This document shows, piece after piece, positions 35,223 to 47,670 of a stretch of DNA of 64,000 nt (within the stretch, counting starts at the first letter, position 1; the number at the start of each line of letters is the position of its first letter). The stretch lies in contig NW_015167058.1 of the NCBI RefSeq assembly GCF_001447785.1, positions 2,044,672-2,108,671 of the forward strand, read 5' to 3'. A model generated the notes under the pieces. The model did no database searches, had not been told where the DNA came from, and saw only the letters and a program-made list of their open reading frames with translations. Made by a program: the position numbers and the translations under genes. The stretch comes from Gekko japonicus. Lineage: Eukaryota.

Positions 35223-36711
35223 GTTCATTTGTTTAGGTAGTCATTTTATTCCTTTATTGAGTGCATAAAGAAACAATCAGTAAACCACAAAATTTCAGAC
35301 ATTCATAATGATTACAAATATGAATGCAGCAATCTTGCATGCACGTATTTGAAATTAAGTCCTGTTGAGCCAACTGGAATTTACTCCTGAGTAAGCATTT
35401 ACAGGATTGCAACATACATTAATAAGGGAGAGTTGCTCTGTTTGTTTTTGTCTGTGGTTGTGGTTGTAGTGACTGGTCACCTGATAGCATTTTACTTTCT
35501 TTACTACTTCAGGGAAGGATTATCCAAGGTGGGATCAGTTCTTACATTACTTCAAGAACAAAATTCCTAGCAAACAGTGTCATTGGTGAATGGTTCCGTT
35601 TATATATGAAGACCCATCATGAAAAGTACTTATATTTTATAATCAGAAATTGGTTCCAGACTACAAAAGTAATAAGCTATTCCTTAGTTGTTTTTAGGAT
35701 CCAGTTGCTGTAGAACCACTAGAATGCTTTCAGGGTGAGTTCATCCAGGGTTAAACAAGAAAAGGGAACGACAACTAGTTGTTCATGCTAAAGTAACACA
35801 ATCAGTGGTTACATTGTAATTGATGCAGCTGTGGATTTCACAACTCCCTAATCTAGTTGTAAATACAAGAAGACAAGAGCAATGGCAGAATTAGACTCTA
35901 GTCCACAGCTCATTTACTTACTCTGTAATAGCTTCATGGAGTTGAATCGAACTACAGCAACATAAATACGTTAAGCATCGCAGTCACAAAATCTTTGCAG
36001 CAATCCATGTTTTGGATGGATGTTAAAAGTCCATGTATGAGGGATTATTTGGAAAGGCTCTTAACTGCTGAAGAATGTTGTATAGCTGCAACCCTGAGCA
36101 CATTTGTGAGTAAAAGCAATAGAACACTGGCATGTACTTACACGTAAACATGAATGTGAGTCTTGTAATGGAGAGCCAGCTTCTGTAAGGCCTGTTTTTA
36201 TCTTGATTCTTGACATTATCATTCCTTCCATATTAGGTGCAGTAGTTGATCAAGAAGTTTTGGGAGAAGTACTACAAAATGGGATCATTAAGGTTGCAGC
36301 TTTGGATGTGACTGACCCTGAAGCATTGCCAAGGTAAAATACAAAAAGTTTTTGATCATTCTTTTATTCTGAATTAACGATGACATGAAATAGTGTGTCT
36401 TTCATCGGCTGTACTCTGATGGGGGACACTCCTGATTTGGCACTTTGTTGAATACAGAATTCAGAAAGCGTAGTCCTAGGATAATCTCGCTTGAGAGGCT
36501 TCCATACAGACAAGCAAGGCAATGAGCACTTTGATTTGGACCACCAGTCTTCCCAAATAAAGGTAATCCTTATTCCATAGGTTGATGGGATCAGCAGAGG
36601 AGATATTTACTGTTGCACCAACTCAGCAACAGTAGCTTTAACAGCTGACAAAGGGGTATCTCTTTAATGGGATGTGTGCACTTATTGTTTGTCCCTCACT
36701 TACCAGAGTAT

Positions 36712-37260
36712 TATTTATTTATTTAAAACATTTCTATTCTGTCTTCACCCAAATAGGGTCCCCAAAGTAGTGAACGTGGAAATGTTTTGACATCAAAGCA
36801 AGATTTAAAATACAGTACATATAAAATAATTAAACAGACCAATAAAACATGTATCGCTTCTCGGCCTTTTGGCTAAGATCAAGTGTAGTGTGTGTGTAAT
36901 AAAACTTATAAACACAATGACTCATAACGCAACCAGGGCCAAGCAAAACAGAGCGGATGGAGAACAGTGATAGAAGGAGAACAGACAAATCTCTTTGGGG
37001 AGGCAGTTCCAAAGTTTTTGCGCCACAACCAAGAAGGCCCTTTCTCAGGTTGCCTCCCGTCTACCCTCAGGTGAGTGGGGTACCTGAAGCAGAGCCTCAG
37101 AAAATGACTAGAGTGGACAGGTGGGTTCGTATGAGTGTAAGCAGTCCTTCAGGTATGCTGGTCTGAAGCCATATAGGGCTTTAAAGGTCAATACCAGCAC
37201 TTCGAAATTGGGCCCAGAAGCAAATTGGGAGCCAATGCAGATGGAAAAAGAATGGAGTGT
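36712..37260 (-). mobile_element. L2 LINE 3' fragment
   Basis: Minus ORF ...FEVLVLTFKALYGFRPAYLKDCL is typical of the L2 ORF2 C-terminus; (TTTA)n tail. Confidence 0.7.
36853..36889 (+). pseudogene. U2 snRNA 5' fragment (nt 1-37) retrocopy
   Basis: ATCGCTTCTCGGCCTTTTGGCTAAGATCAAGTGTAGT matches the vertebrate U2 5' end as I recall it; flanked by AATAAAACATGT / AATAAAACTTAT. Confidence 0.93.
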
Positions 37261-37320
37261 TACAGTCCATACGACCATGTGGAAATGTAACAGTGAAGAC
37301 AGTGCAATGGAAGTAAGCCC

Positions 37321-37478
37321 CATTTCTTAGGACTGTGAAGTCTTTGCCAGTGCATTCATATGACTGTGTTCCATACTAATTGATCTGCGTACCCCCCAGC
37401 ATTTCTTAGGACTGTGAAGTCTTTGCCAGTACATTCATATGAATGTGTACCATACTAATTGATCTGCGTACCCCCCAG
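37321..37478. repeat. 79-bp tandem duplication
   Basis: CATTTCTTAGGACTGTGAAG...GCGTACCCCCCAG twice with 3 mismatches. Confidence 0.95.
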
Positions 37479-38309
37479 TAGGTAGGTCACCTGTGATTAT
37501 TCTGCCTTGCCTTCCCTGCAAAGACCATTGGCTACTACAGCTGAAGAATGTAATTATCACTCCACAGTGACACACTGGAACTGCTGCTGTGCAAGCCCTG
37601 TGTATGATGATGGAAGAAGCAGTAGAAAACATTCTGGCTATTCTGAATGATCTTCCCATTCCAAGTGAAGCAAACCCCAATTTAATTTGATAGAAAATAT
37701 GGTTAATCAGTGGCCGATTAACAAAAAGATGTTTAGTTCTAAGTAGCAATTTAATAGGACAATAACAACCAATTCCCATCATGGTTTCACAATAAGTGCT
37801 CCCATATTGTGACTATGTCCTGTAGTTACATTGTTATAACATTTTAATAAAGCTATTTGCTCTACAGTCTTTGAGCACAATGGCTGGCTTTCCAATTCCT
37901 TCTGCTGTTTGTATGTTTGTTTTTAGAAAATTTATATGTTATTTGTCCAGACACCTGTTTGAGGCAGCTCATAAATTAAGAACATTACAATGAAATCATA
38001 AAAATAGCACAACAGTTATCAATAATAAAAAACATAGGGCATAAAAGTACCACAAACATCCCAAGGGGGATTCAGATTTCCTGACTTGACGACATACCAT
38101 AAGGCAACTCTCCTGACAAATATCATTAAAACACAACGCTCAACATCTCAGCCTGACTGGGTCAAATTATGCTCTGATCTTATTCATCCACACTCGATAG
38201 GCTCCATACTTTGGGATAAGAAAACTTAATAAAATATTAATAACAAAAAAGTGTCACAAACATTCAACAGCCTAAAATGGTATTCATACATCAGTTCTCA
38301 GGCTAGACA

Positions 38310-38765
38310 GGAATCAGTGTAGTGGTTCGTGTGTAAGACTAAGCTCTGGGAGACACAGGTTCAAAACCCCACTCCGCCATGGAAGTTCACTGGGTGACCT
38401 TGGTCCAGTCACATTCTGTGAGACTAACGTACCTCACTTGTAGGGTTGTCAGCCTCCGGGTGGGGCCTGGGGATCTTCTGCTTTGACAAGTGATCTCCAG
38501 CTGACAGAGATCAGCTCACCTGGAGAAAATGGCTGCTTTGAAGGGGGGACTCTAGGGCATTGAACCATGCTGAGGCCTGTCCCCTCCCCAAACCACGCAC
38601 TCTCCCGGATCCACCCCCAGAGTCTCTAGGTATTTTCCAATTCATACCTGGCAACCCTACTCACTCACTTGCTTGTTAGGCGGATTAAACAAAGGAGAAG
38701 AAAACAATATAAACTGCTTTGGATCCCTGCTGGGGACGAAGTCAGGGTGTAAGTTAAGTAAATAA
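38310..38765 (+). mobile_element. tRNA-derived squamate SINE interrupted by a GGGTTG-type MITE (38441-38659); related copies at 52645-52870 (+) and 23965-24125 (-)
   Basis: A/B-box head GTGTAGTGGTT...GGTTCAAAACCCC, body GCCATGGAAG...CTCAC, (TAAA)n tail. Confidence 0.65.
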
Positions 38766-41296
38766 ATGTTATGGCTTCGTGCCTAAAGAACAGCAAAGTA
38801 GATGCCAAGTGAGCCTCAAGGGGGAGAGCATTCCAAAGGGGGTGCCAGCACTGAAAATCCCTGTCTGTGGCTGATTCTGCATTGGCTTTTCCCTCTGTTG
38901 TCACATTGGAACAGAAATTCCCTTCTGCATTGCATGCTGCTTTCATTTCCTTTGATCATCAGATTTTTATGGTAGCCTCCACACTCCATGCCGCTTTCAC
39001 TTTCTTTGATCATCGGATTTTATTGTACTTTCTGCATGGTTTTATGGCTGTTTTATGGCCGTTCAGGGGTGACTTTGTAGTTGAATGTGGTTTTCAGCTG
39101 CACTTTTCCCTTCCAGTTGAGAAAATATGGAGCAAATGCTAGATGCAGAATTGCCCTGTGTTGCCACCTACCACACCTCTGTAAACAGGAGCATAGAAAG
39201 CAGGGATTCTGCAGAGGATCTTAACTTGTGGCCTGGACAGTACAGGAGGAGGTAGTCCTTCAAGTACTCCAACTCCAAGCTATTTAGGGCCTTAATGATA
39301 ACAAGTTAGCCTTTTAGTGTGAACTGCTTAGAACCACTCTGTTTTGGTGTAAAAAAGTAAATTATCTCTCTCTGTGTGTAATATCAGGCCAAAGAAGGAA
39401 CAATCCTAAACAGGTCTACTCAGAAGTAAGTCCCATTTTTTCCCAATGAGGCTTAATCCCACAAAAGTGTTTTTAGGACTACTGCCTGAGTCCTACAAAA
39501 CCTAAGCTTTCTCAAGAAAACACAAAATAGCTAGAATGGTGAATCAACAGGAAATGGCAGTACTACGTTCATCCTGTGCATGCTTAACTAGAATTTATAG
39601 TTCCTATGCAAAGGGTATTTAAAGATACCAGAGCAAGCCTCATTGGAGAACACACAATATTCATCATTGATCCCAAGACCAGCGTGTGCACTGCTGTCTC
39701 CTGTCTCATTACCACACAAAGAAGGTGGCATCCTCTGTACATGTAAATATGAATGGAACAGGGTCTGATGTTGAAGATCCTGCCTGCTTAAACCAAAGCT
39801 GTCTTCAAACTTGTATTTTGGTTTAAACTTTTGAAAAGTTGCTTAACCTCAACTCCTAAGTCTATCCTTTGTTTAAATATTGTGCGTAAAAAACTATAAA
39901 TCCAGCACCTGATCTCTGCAAAATAGATGTGTATGCATATTCTTTGTACAACAAAGAATGTACGGTAGCTGAGAATATAATTGTTGTTCTTAGTCGTACC
40001 AAAAATAGTACATGGCTTTAAAGTGGATTTCTATAATATTCATATTCAAATAATCCCATAAATGGATTAACAGCTGTGTCTGAATATTAAGTATGCTGCT
40101 TTACTTAACAGACTTAAATGGATTCTTCTGAACAGTACAGAAAGGTTACATCATTTTAGACAATACTTTTCATAAATTTGAAATGAATGGCTGAAATCTA
40201 TCCTTGAAGCATTGTTTGTGTTGGATGCCGATGCCGTCTTCAGTTACGTCAAGCAAGAGCACGGAACCGAGCAGTGGGCTTGCGGCCTTCTGATGCTGTT
40301 TGGTTTTCCTAGATTAGGACCACAGTTTCTGGTCTTTAATGTAAATAGGCAGCTGACCATTACTGACTGACCATCATCTCAAATTTCTCATCAAGCGAAA
40401 AGCTGTGAACTTTCCATGATACAATAACTAAAAATGAATTGGGGCAGAAACAGCAAGGGGGTGAGCAGGGCTGGCACCCTGAGCCTGGAGATTTCCCAGC
40501 ATTACAGCTGATTTCGGGATTTCAGGAGACAACAGCCTGGATGAAGCCCCTCACCTCCCCAGATCCTGCCCTCTCCTGGCTCCAGCCCCATATCTCCAGG
40601 AATTTTCCATCATGGAGTTGGCAACCCTAGAGGGAGGGAAGGCAAGGCAAATCTCTTAATATTCCCAAACAGAATGCTTGTTTACAGAACTGCCACATTT
40701 GTACTACAAATTGTGAGCAAAGGCTATATGAGCAAAGAAGGTTGCTGTTGAAAACATTTATACAGTAGGTGTTTACATGATTTTATTAAGAGAATGCTGA
40801 CATTAATATCAGGTAGAAATATACAAAGCAGTTAATTCTGTCAGATTTATTTTCATTTTCCAGAGGGGATAGGCTTTTAGCAAAAACACAAGGATGTTGG
40901 TATTTTCCATAGAACCAATGGGCACCACCACCCAGCCTAAATTGATAACTTTAAATTCGGTCTGGTCTCAGTGGAATAAACATATGCCCAATGCTGTCCC
41001 AATGAACTAAATTGAACTTCACTATACTTTGATTTTTATTCCATTCCTGGCAAGCAAAAAGGGTTAAAAAGTAACTTGATAAATCCCAACGTTCAAAGTT
41101 CAACACTTCCTTACTATTTTCTTTTGAGGAATCACTTTTTTCAATAGACCGTCTACACATTTGGTGATCTGATGTTTATTTTCAATGCTTTCTCTTGAAA
41201 TTGCCAGTTTAGAATCTAGCTGATCAGCACGGATGATAATGGATATCATCCTCAAAGTGCTGTTTTATAGGTCAAGGACACACTTTGTGTTTTAAC

Positions 41297-41500
41297 AGGC
41301 TGCAAGTAAATAAATAGGTACCACTTCAGTGGGAAGGTAACAGCGTTCCGTGTGCCTTGGTGTTTAGTCATGCCGGCCACATGACCACAGAAATGTCTTC
41401 GGACAGCGCTGGCTCTTCAGCTTTGAAACAGAGACGAGCACCGCAACCCTAGAGTCGGATTTGACTGGCTTTCGAGCAAGGGAACCTTTACCTTTTACCT
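41297..41500 (+). mobile_element. Sauria SINE, 5'-truncated
   Basis: GGGAAGGTAACAGCGTTCC...GCCGGCCACATGACC body and (ACCTTT)n tail. Confidence 0.88.
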
Positions 41501-42035
41501 TGGAGAAGCAGCATTCCAGTTGGATGCAACTAGCTTTTTCACTGTTGTTATGGGGAAGGGGTCCTCAGCCACTCAAAAAGCTATGCTGAGGATTGCAGGG
41601 ACTGCATGGACAAAAGCCATGGGAAATGGGGGCTGTAGTAAGGAGGCAAGTTGGGTGTGACTCAGTGAAAAAGCTGGGTGGCTCCAACCCTCCATCTTCT
41701 TGATAAGTATTTTTTTTGAATTTTTTAATTAGTTTATATACAGAAAGGGGGCAAGGGGAAAGGAGGAAGAAAAGAAAAATACAAAAATATTTAAAAATTC
41801 CAATTTAGCATTCTGCATGCATATCTTCTCATTACAATTTCACAACTACTTCATCAATCATTCTTATTATTCTTCACTTGATCTTATTTTCTTAAGTTTT
41901 AACCAGTCATTGATAAGTATTTTTATTTATCTGTTCGAGGGGGTGTTGATGGGGAGAAAACTATACTTATTGAGAAGTTCTCCCTTTAGGACTGTTGTTT
42001 AACAAAAGAGCTGTCTTTCATTTTTGTTGCAGATC

Positions 42036-42417
42036 ATGGAAGAACCAGAGCTGCCTGTGCTACTAGTAGATGAAGTGGGAGGATTACTCGGTGTCTTAGA
42101 AGCACACCTGCCGTTTCTGAAGAAACATTTTCACCTTATCACCATGAAGGAGTTTCTTGAAAACAAAGCCTGTCTTAGCATAAAAGTCGAAGCAATTTAT
42201 ATGTGGTGGCACAGACCCGTCATTGATCATGAACTTTTGAAGAGCCTGCCTAACTTAAAAGTGGTTGCAAGTTCAGGGGTAGGAGTGGACCACTTGGATC
42301 TGAAGCTGATTGCAGGATTTGGAGTCAGGATGGCCAACACTCCCCATGCGGTCTGCAGCAGCACTGCAGACATTGGGGTGGCCCTACTGCTGGCAGCTGC
42401 TAGAAGACTCGTCGAAG
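42036..42417 (+). CDS. GRHPR-like D-2-hydroxyacid dehydrogenase copy B, coding exon 1
   Basis: Acceptor TTGCAG|ATC ATG; LPNLKVVASSGVGVDHLD, ANTP, TADIGVALLLAAARR; 382 nt, donor GTAACA. Confidence 0.93.
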
Positions 42418-43766
42418 GTAACATTTATCATGCTGTACCTGTTCCTTCATATTCCAGTCCAATCCAATTACTGTTCCTTCGACGACTGTCATGAACAGAA
42501 CACAATGTTTCTTTGTATTGTATAAACTTATATTTATGGCTTTCATTTGCAAAGAGTTGTTTTCGCAACTGTTATAGCTAATAGCTTGAGCCTAAGGTTG
42601 TTTATAAATCACCGATTTCAAAACTTTTCATTTCATGGTTCTAAGCCAAAGATGTCCACATGGCAAAAAGGTTCAAAGTCCTAAACGTACCCAAATTTTG
42701 AGAAATCTAGTGGGAACACGACAGAGCTTCCAGCCTTTCCTTTGTATGTTTACATAAGTTCCACTATACTCGGTGGGTCTTACCCGGATAACTGTGCTTA
42801 GACTTTCAGGATGCCATCCTGTGGATGTTTCTGAAAACAGTGCGGTAGTAAAAAAGCCAAGGCAGTGCAAAATATTTGTGTGGAAGCACCTGTAGTTTCC
42901 TCTGAAGGAGTCTTTGTAAGACTGGTTTATTTACAAATATGAAAGTGGAGCATAATGGACCCAAATAGGCTACTGCAGCAACCACTAATACTGCTTCCCC
43001 CCCCCCAAAAAAAAACCCAGAGCAAATCCCTAGGGTCCTCCAGAATTGTTCCAGACTAGCTACTCCTGTCTTTCCTCCTCTATCAGTGTCAGCAGTATGA
43101 ACTGCACATTTCGAATGGTGTCACTGTGACACTACTGTCGCATTCCAAAGGCAGAGGAGAGAGATCCTCCAGACATCAAGGAACATTAAGAGGTCAAGCA
43201 CTCATTTGTCTATAAGGAAAGTCCACTGCAATATGCTCATTTATGCTCATCAAGCTGGTAACACCATCCTCTTCTCAACAGGAGCACTCCTCCCTACAAG
43301 TTCTAGACAGCCTCCCTCTTATCCTAGAGAAAAGATAGGACAGGCTAACGAAGATGAAAACCATACAAAATGGTTAACAGTTTGCATATTTACCACGATA
43401 TTTCTCCTCAAAACCTGAACCCAACTGAAATAATCCCCCCCTTGAACAAGTCAAACAATTACAGACACTGTTTGCCATTAATCAGAACAAAGATAGTGTT
43501 CACCCCTGACACAAAGTCATTGCCCCAAGTTCAGGTGAGTGCTTGTCTTCTTTGGCATCCTTTCTTGTTTCTCATGAATGTATTAGCATTTCCTAATCTT
43601 CATGGCCCCTTCTCACTCCCTGTGGAGCCAATTTTCAAAGCCGCCCAGGTTACAGATTTGCCTCTGGAGTATACCATCTGTAGGAGGACCCTGTTATCTC
43701 CCACTGAATCCTTCATGAGGTGCAGACAGTTGCAAATCTACTTTATTCCCATTGGTTATAATATAT

Positions 43767-43966
43767 GAAGGCGCTGTCCGAAGACATTTCCGTGGTCATG
43801 TTGGCTGGCATGACTAAACACCAAGGCGCACGGAACGCTGTTACCTTCCCACTGAAGTGGTACCTATTTATCTCCTTGCAATTTCTTGCTTTCGAACTGG
43901 TAGGTTGGCAGGAACTGGCCACAGCCTACAGTTCAGCGTCTTAACCACTTGAGCCACCGCAGCGCC
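43767..43966 (-). mobile_element. Sauria SINE fragment with internal deletion
   Basis: Matches the full copy at 56431-56782; sits between TTATAATATAT repeats. Confidence 0.85.
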
Positions 43967-44451
43967 TTTATAATATATATATATATACAGATAAATTAAA
44001 TAGATTTCAGACACAGCCGATTGTGCCCTATGTTGAAGACTGAGCTGTGAAATAATTTTGCTGTTTGAACAGGAAATAATATGCCAAGGAATTATTTCAG
44101 TTTAGCTGTTAACATGGGCTTTAAAGTTCCTGGGTTAACAATGATGCAATTGTAGCTACTCAGGTCTTCCTGGAGAATGAAAAGCTGTTCTCCCCATTTG
44201 TACCCATTACTTACGTTGTGTACAAATTTTGAGAAGAGTGAAATATCCTTGTAAATATGATCACTGCAGTATGTCTATCTGACATTTATTTATCACCTAG
44301 GAAACAAATCCCATTGATTTCCAGAGATGAAAATCAAAGGAAAGATGTTAAAAACGGCATCACAGCAGACATAAATATAAACAGAAATCCCTTTTGTCAC
44401 AACCTTGTCTGTCTATAACTCTCCCCCCCCCCTTATTTCTTTGTCACTTAG

Positions 44452-44623
44452 GTTGCCAGGTGGCTACTTCCCCAGACACTGAGTATTTCCCTTGTAACAT
44501 GTTAGGAGATGATGTCACTGGGGCTACTCTGGGTATCATTGGAATGGGCAGCATTGGCTACAAAATTGCTCTGAGGGCCAGAGCATTTGAAATGAAAATT
44601 CTTTATCACAACAGGAACAGAAG
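44452..44623 (+). CDS. Copy B coding exon 2 (Rossmann fold)
   Basis: GATLGIIGMGSIG...ILYHNRNR; AG/GT boundaries, phases consistent. Confidence 0.95.
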
Positions 44624-45345
44624 GTAAAGATTCATGTCTTGACCCATATAAAATAAATTATATGGGCATCTCTTTAATGTTTTTTCTAATCCCTTCATTT
44701 CTGTTCCTCTTGGAAAAAGATGTGTGTGTGTGTAACTGGGTGAATTGATTTTCAGATGATAACAAACTTGGCTGCTGTTTTTGCAGGTAAACTGATCTCT
44801 TTGGTGAATATACCAAAGGGAGACTCAGTTATGGTACTTGGGGGAGATGTTAGCTAACCGTAATAAAAATTGGATCCCAAAATATTATTATGGCTTTAGC
44901 ACACAACAATGCTGTTGTTCTTGAGCAGAGATCTCTGGGAAAGGGAGTACATGTTACAGCTTAGCAAATAGCCAAGAAATGTTTCAACATTTCTACAAAG
45001 CCTCTTTTCATTATATGATGAGGTCATGCCAACCTTCCAGGCAGGAGTGTTGGTTGGACCAGGAGACATCTCAGTGTTAAGACCTATCTCCTTCTGAATT
45101 AATAATTCCCAACTTTACCTTCGTTGTGATTTAACTTCATCCTCACTGTAGTATCCTAAACAATATGTATGCCAGGACAGAAGTACATGTTACTAAAACA
45201 CACACCTGATGCAGAAAATGATAAATGTATACAGTCTTCTGTTCTCTAACATCTATAGGAGAACATAGTGAAAATCCTGGTTGTTGTGCTATTTCTCTAC
45301 CATGGACCAGTACACAGCTGTTGTATGGCTGCATATCCCTGTGGC

Positions 45346-45723
45346 CAGGGGTCATTTCGTATAAAAAGAGGTGCAGGAGCTCATTAGCATAACTTATTAG
45401 CATAACTTATTTGTATATGCCACACCCCCTGACATCACCAGAAGTGTGTCAGAAGGCAACACCCACTGCTCAGGCTCCACTGGACTGTTTTGGATTGATA
45501 GGTATTGGGGGGGGCATGCAGATCTGTCCTCACAGAGGAGGGGGAGCTTGTACCTGAAGGCGGGCTGGGGGGGCTCTGCAACTTACCTAGCTGCTTCTTG
45601 CTTCTCATGGCCCAACTGAGGGCTGCTAGGAGCAGGGGGCGGGGCTTGTTGCATGTGCCCGCCCCCTGGGTGCCTTACTGCCGGAGCTCTGCTCCTGTGC
45701 GCTCCCGCAGGAAATGACCCCTG
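45346..45723. mobile_element. hAT MITE
   Basis: TIRs CAGGGGTCATTTC / GAAATGACCCCTG; perfect 8-bp TSD CCTGTGGC. Confidence 0.88.
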
Positions 45724-47039
45724 CCTGTGGCGATCAAGTGGTAGATGTAACCTGTAGTTAGGACCAGAGTTACTGAATATTATGGAGGTGGCCAGGGAGG
45801 GGGAGGAAAAGGCATTTTTTGGTGTAGTTGCCATTTTCAGTATTTGCACTTTTTTATAATATTTGAACATTCTGTTCATGTAGATAATATTGCTTTATCT
45901 AAACTACTGGATTTTTGTTTTGTGCTGTTTGCAAAGAAATAAAAGTATGTTCCAATTGTAGGTTACTTTAATTCATAACTATTCTTGAATTGCACTGAGA
46001 ATGAGACTAAAATCACACAATACTACACCACTCTCCCTGTGACAATAGAGATATCTATTGAATCAAGATATAAGAGTGTTGCCTGGGATTAGTTCACATT
46101 GCTTCTGATGCAATGTGTGAATCCTAAGGGGGGGATAGGTTAAAGCATGTTTGCTGAACTGAAGAGGGTGGAAAGTTTTGTAAAGGGACAATAAAAGCTA
46201 ACGGCTATCTTAGTCATTTACAAAAAAAGAAAGATTGGTAAAAATAATAAACTTGCCCAGGTGGGTGACCTTCAGTACCAGATCTAACTAACTCCCTATT
46301 CTTTCTCAGACATTCAGAGGCACAGATAGATAAAAGTTTCACCTTCTTGTCACTTGAAACTGATTCTCTACAGAGAATCAAGGGTCGCCTTTGGATGAGC
46401 CAATGTGTGCCTTATTTTAAGCCTCTTCGTGTTTTGTGCCACTTTCCCCATAGAAATTATATCATATTATTTGAAGGGCCCAATTATCTCCTTAAATTAT
46501 TTAGTTTCCTATGAATTGCACATTTCTTAAGTAACTCTTAATTAAGCTCTTTGCTAGCATACTGTCAGGATGTACAGGGTAAACTTAGGGATACTGTCAG
46601 GATGTACAGGGTAAACTTAAATATTATTCTCATTCATTGTAAAGCACTGAAGTTTCTATCTAGCATCTTAAATATGTGTTTGCTTGAAGAATACAGTATG
46701 TAGTTAGGATTATTATAAGAAATAATGTGAAAATCTAAATATCTGTCCCTCTTTTTGGTAGCAGGGACAAGTCTGTGAAGACACATGGGGAGGAGCTTAA
46801 GTCTGCACTCCTTAACACATTGACCAGGGAGTAAGACCCACTAAATACTGTGGGACTTACCTGTTTCACCTCCAAGTAAAGATGCTACACTTGCACTGCA
46901 TGTCTCTCTTCCTTGGATATTTCAGAATAGAAATTTCTAAAAGATGACCAATCAGCAACCTACAATTCAGTATCCAGGTGGAGGAAGACACTTGTTAAAG
47001 CCTCTTATTTGAACAGGTCCTTAGATAATGGTCACAATA

Positions 47040-47382
47040 AAGGTAAAGGCTCCCTTGCTCGAAAGCCAGTCGAATACGATTGAAGGGTTGTGGTGCTCGT
47101 CTCTGTTTCCAAACTGAAGAGCCAGCGCTGTCCAAAGACATTTCCATGGTCATGTGGCTGGCATGACTAGACGCCAAGGCGCATGGAATGCTGTTACCTT
47201 CCCACCAAAGCGGTACCTATTTATCAAGTTGCAATTTCTTGCTTTTGAACTGCTAGGTTGGCAGGAGCTGGAACCAGAGATGGGAGCTCACTCTGTCGTG
47301 CGGCACTCAAGTCTCGAACTGCTGAACTACCGACCTTCCAGCCTGCAGTTCAGCGTCTTAACCACTGAGCCACCGCAGCTCC
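47040..47382 (-). mobile_element. Full-length Sauria SINE
   Basis: tRNA-like head, (ACCTTT) tail; 14-bp TSD TAATGGTCACAATA / TAATGATCACAATA. Confidence 0.92.
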
Positions 47383-47491
47383 TAATGATCACAATAGCTG
47401 TTATCAAATGGAGTAGCCAGCTGTAACAAAAATCTAGTTTTCCTATAAGGAAGTACTTGTCAAAGAGGGCATAATGATTATTTTCTCTCAG

Positions 47492-47670
47492 GAAAGAAGA
47501 TGAGGAACTGGCTGTGAGTGCCTGCTATTGTGGGAAGATAGAAGATTTGCTCCAGCAGTCTGACTTTGTGATGCTTGCTGTCAGTTTAACACCTCAGACA
47601 TACAAACTGATTGGGAAAAAGGAGCTAGAACTAATGAAACCAACAGCTACTCTCATAAATATCTCTAGAG
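47492..47670 (+). CDS. Copy B coding exon 3
   Basis: DLLQQSDFVMLAVSLTPQTYKLIGKKELELMKPTATLINISRG (substrate-binding Arg); 179 nt. Confidence 0.95.

Larger units (their letters stand above)
33420..37690 (+). pseudogene. Glyoxylate/hydroxypyruvate-reductase-like pseudogene (copy A): exon remnants 33420-33674, 34368-34546, 36237-36333, 37522-37690
   Basis: Homologous to copy B with the same 179- and 97-nt exons; lacks the N-terminus, two frameshifts in exon 1, donor GT>AT at 33675, Rossmann exon absent, last acceptor AG>AA, in-frame TGA at 37568-37570 before the catalytic His. Confidence 0.9.

Noticed and set aside
6876-36889. Apparent splicing theme (U12 intron, Dim1 gene, U2 fragment) as a functional system
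   Set aside because: HSBP1L1-TXNL4A adjacency is ordinary synteny and the U2 piece is a retrocopy; nothing in the sequence links them.
40188-40370. Stop-free stretch of ~60 codons with several CpGs upstream of copy B
   Set aside because: No recognisable homology, start codon or splice boundaries; could be a weak promoter but unsupported.
40951-41160. 69-aa minus-strand ORF
   Set aside because: No motif I can recognise; length compatible with chance.
46559-46619. 29-bp direct repeat ATACTGTCAGGATGTACAGGGTAAACTTA x2
   Set aside because: Simple local duplication; two units, no spacers, eukaryotic intron, so not CRISPR-like.
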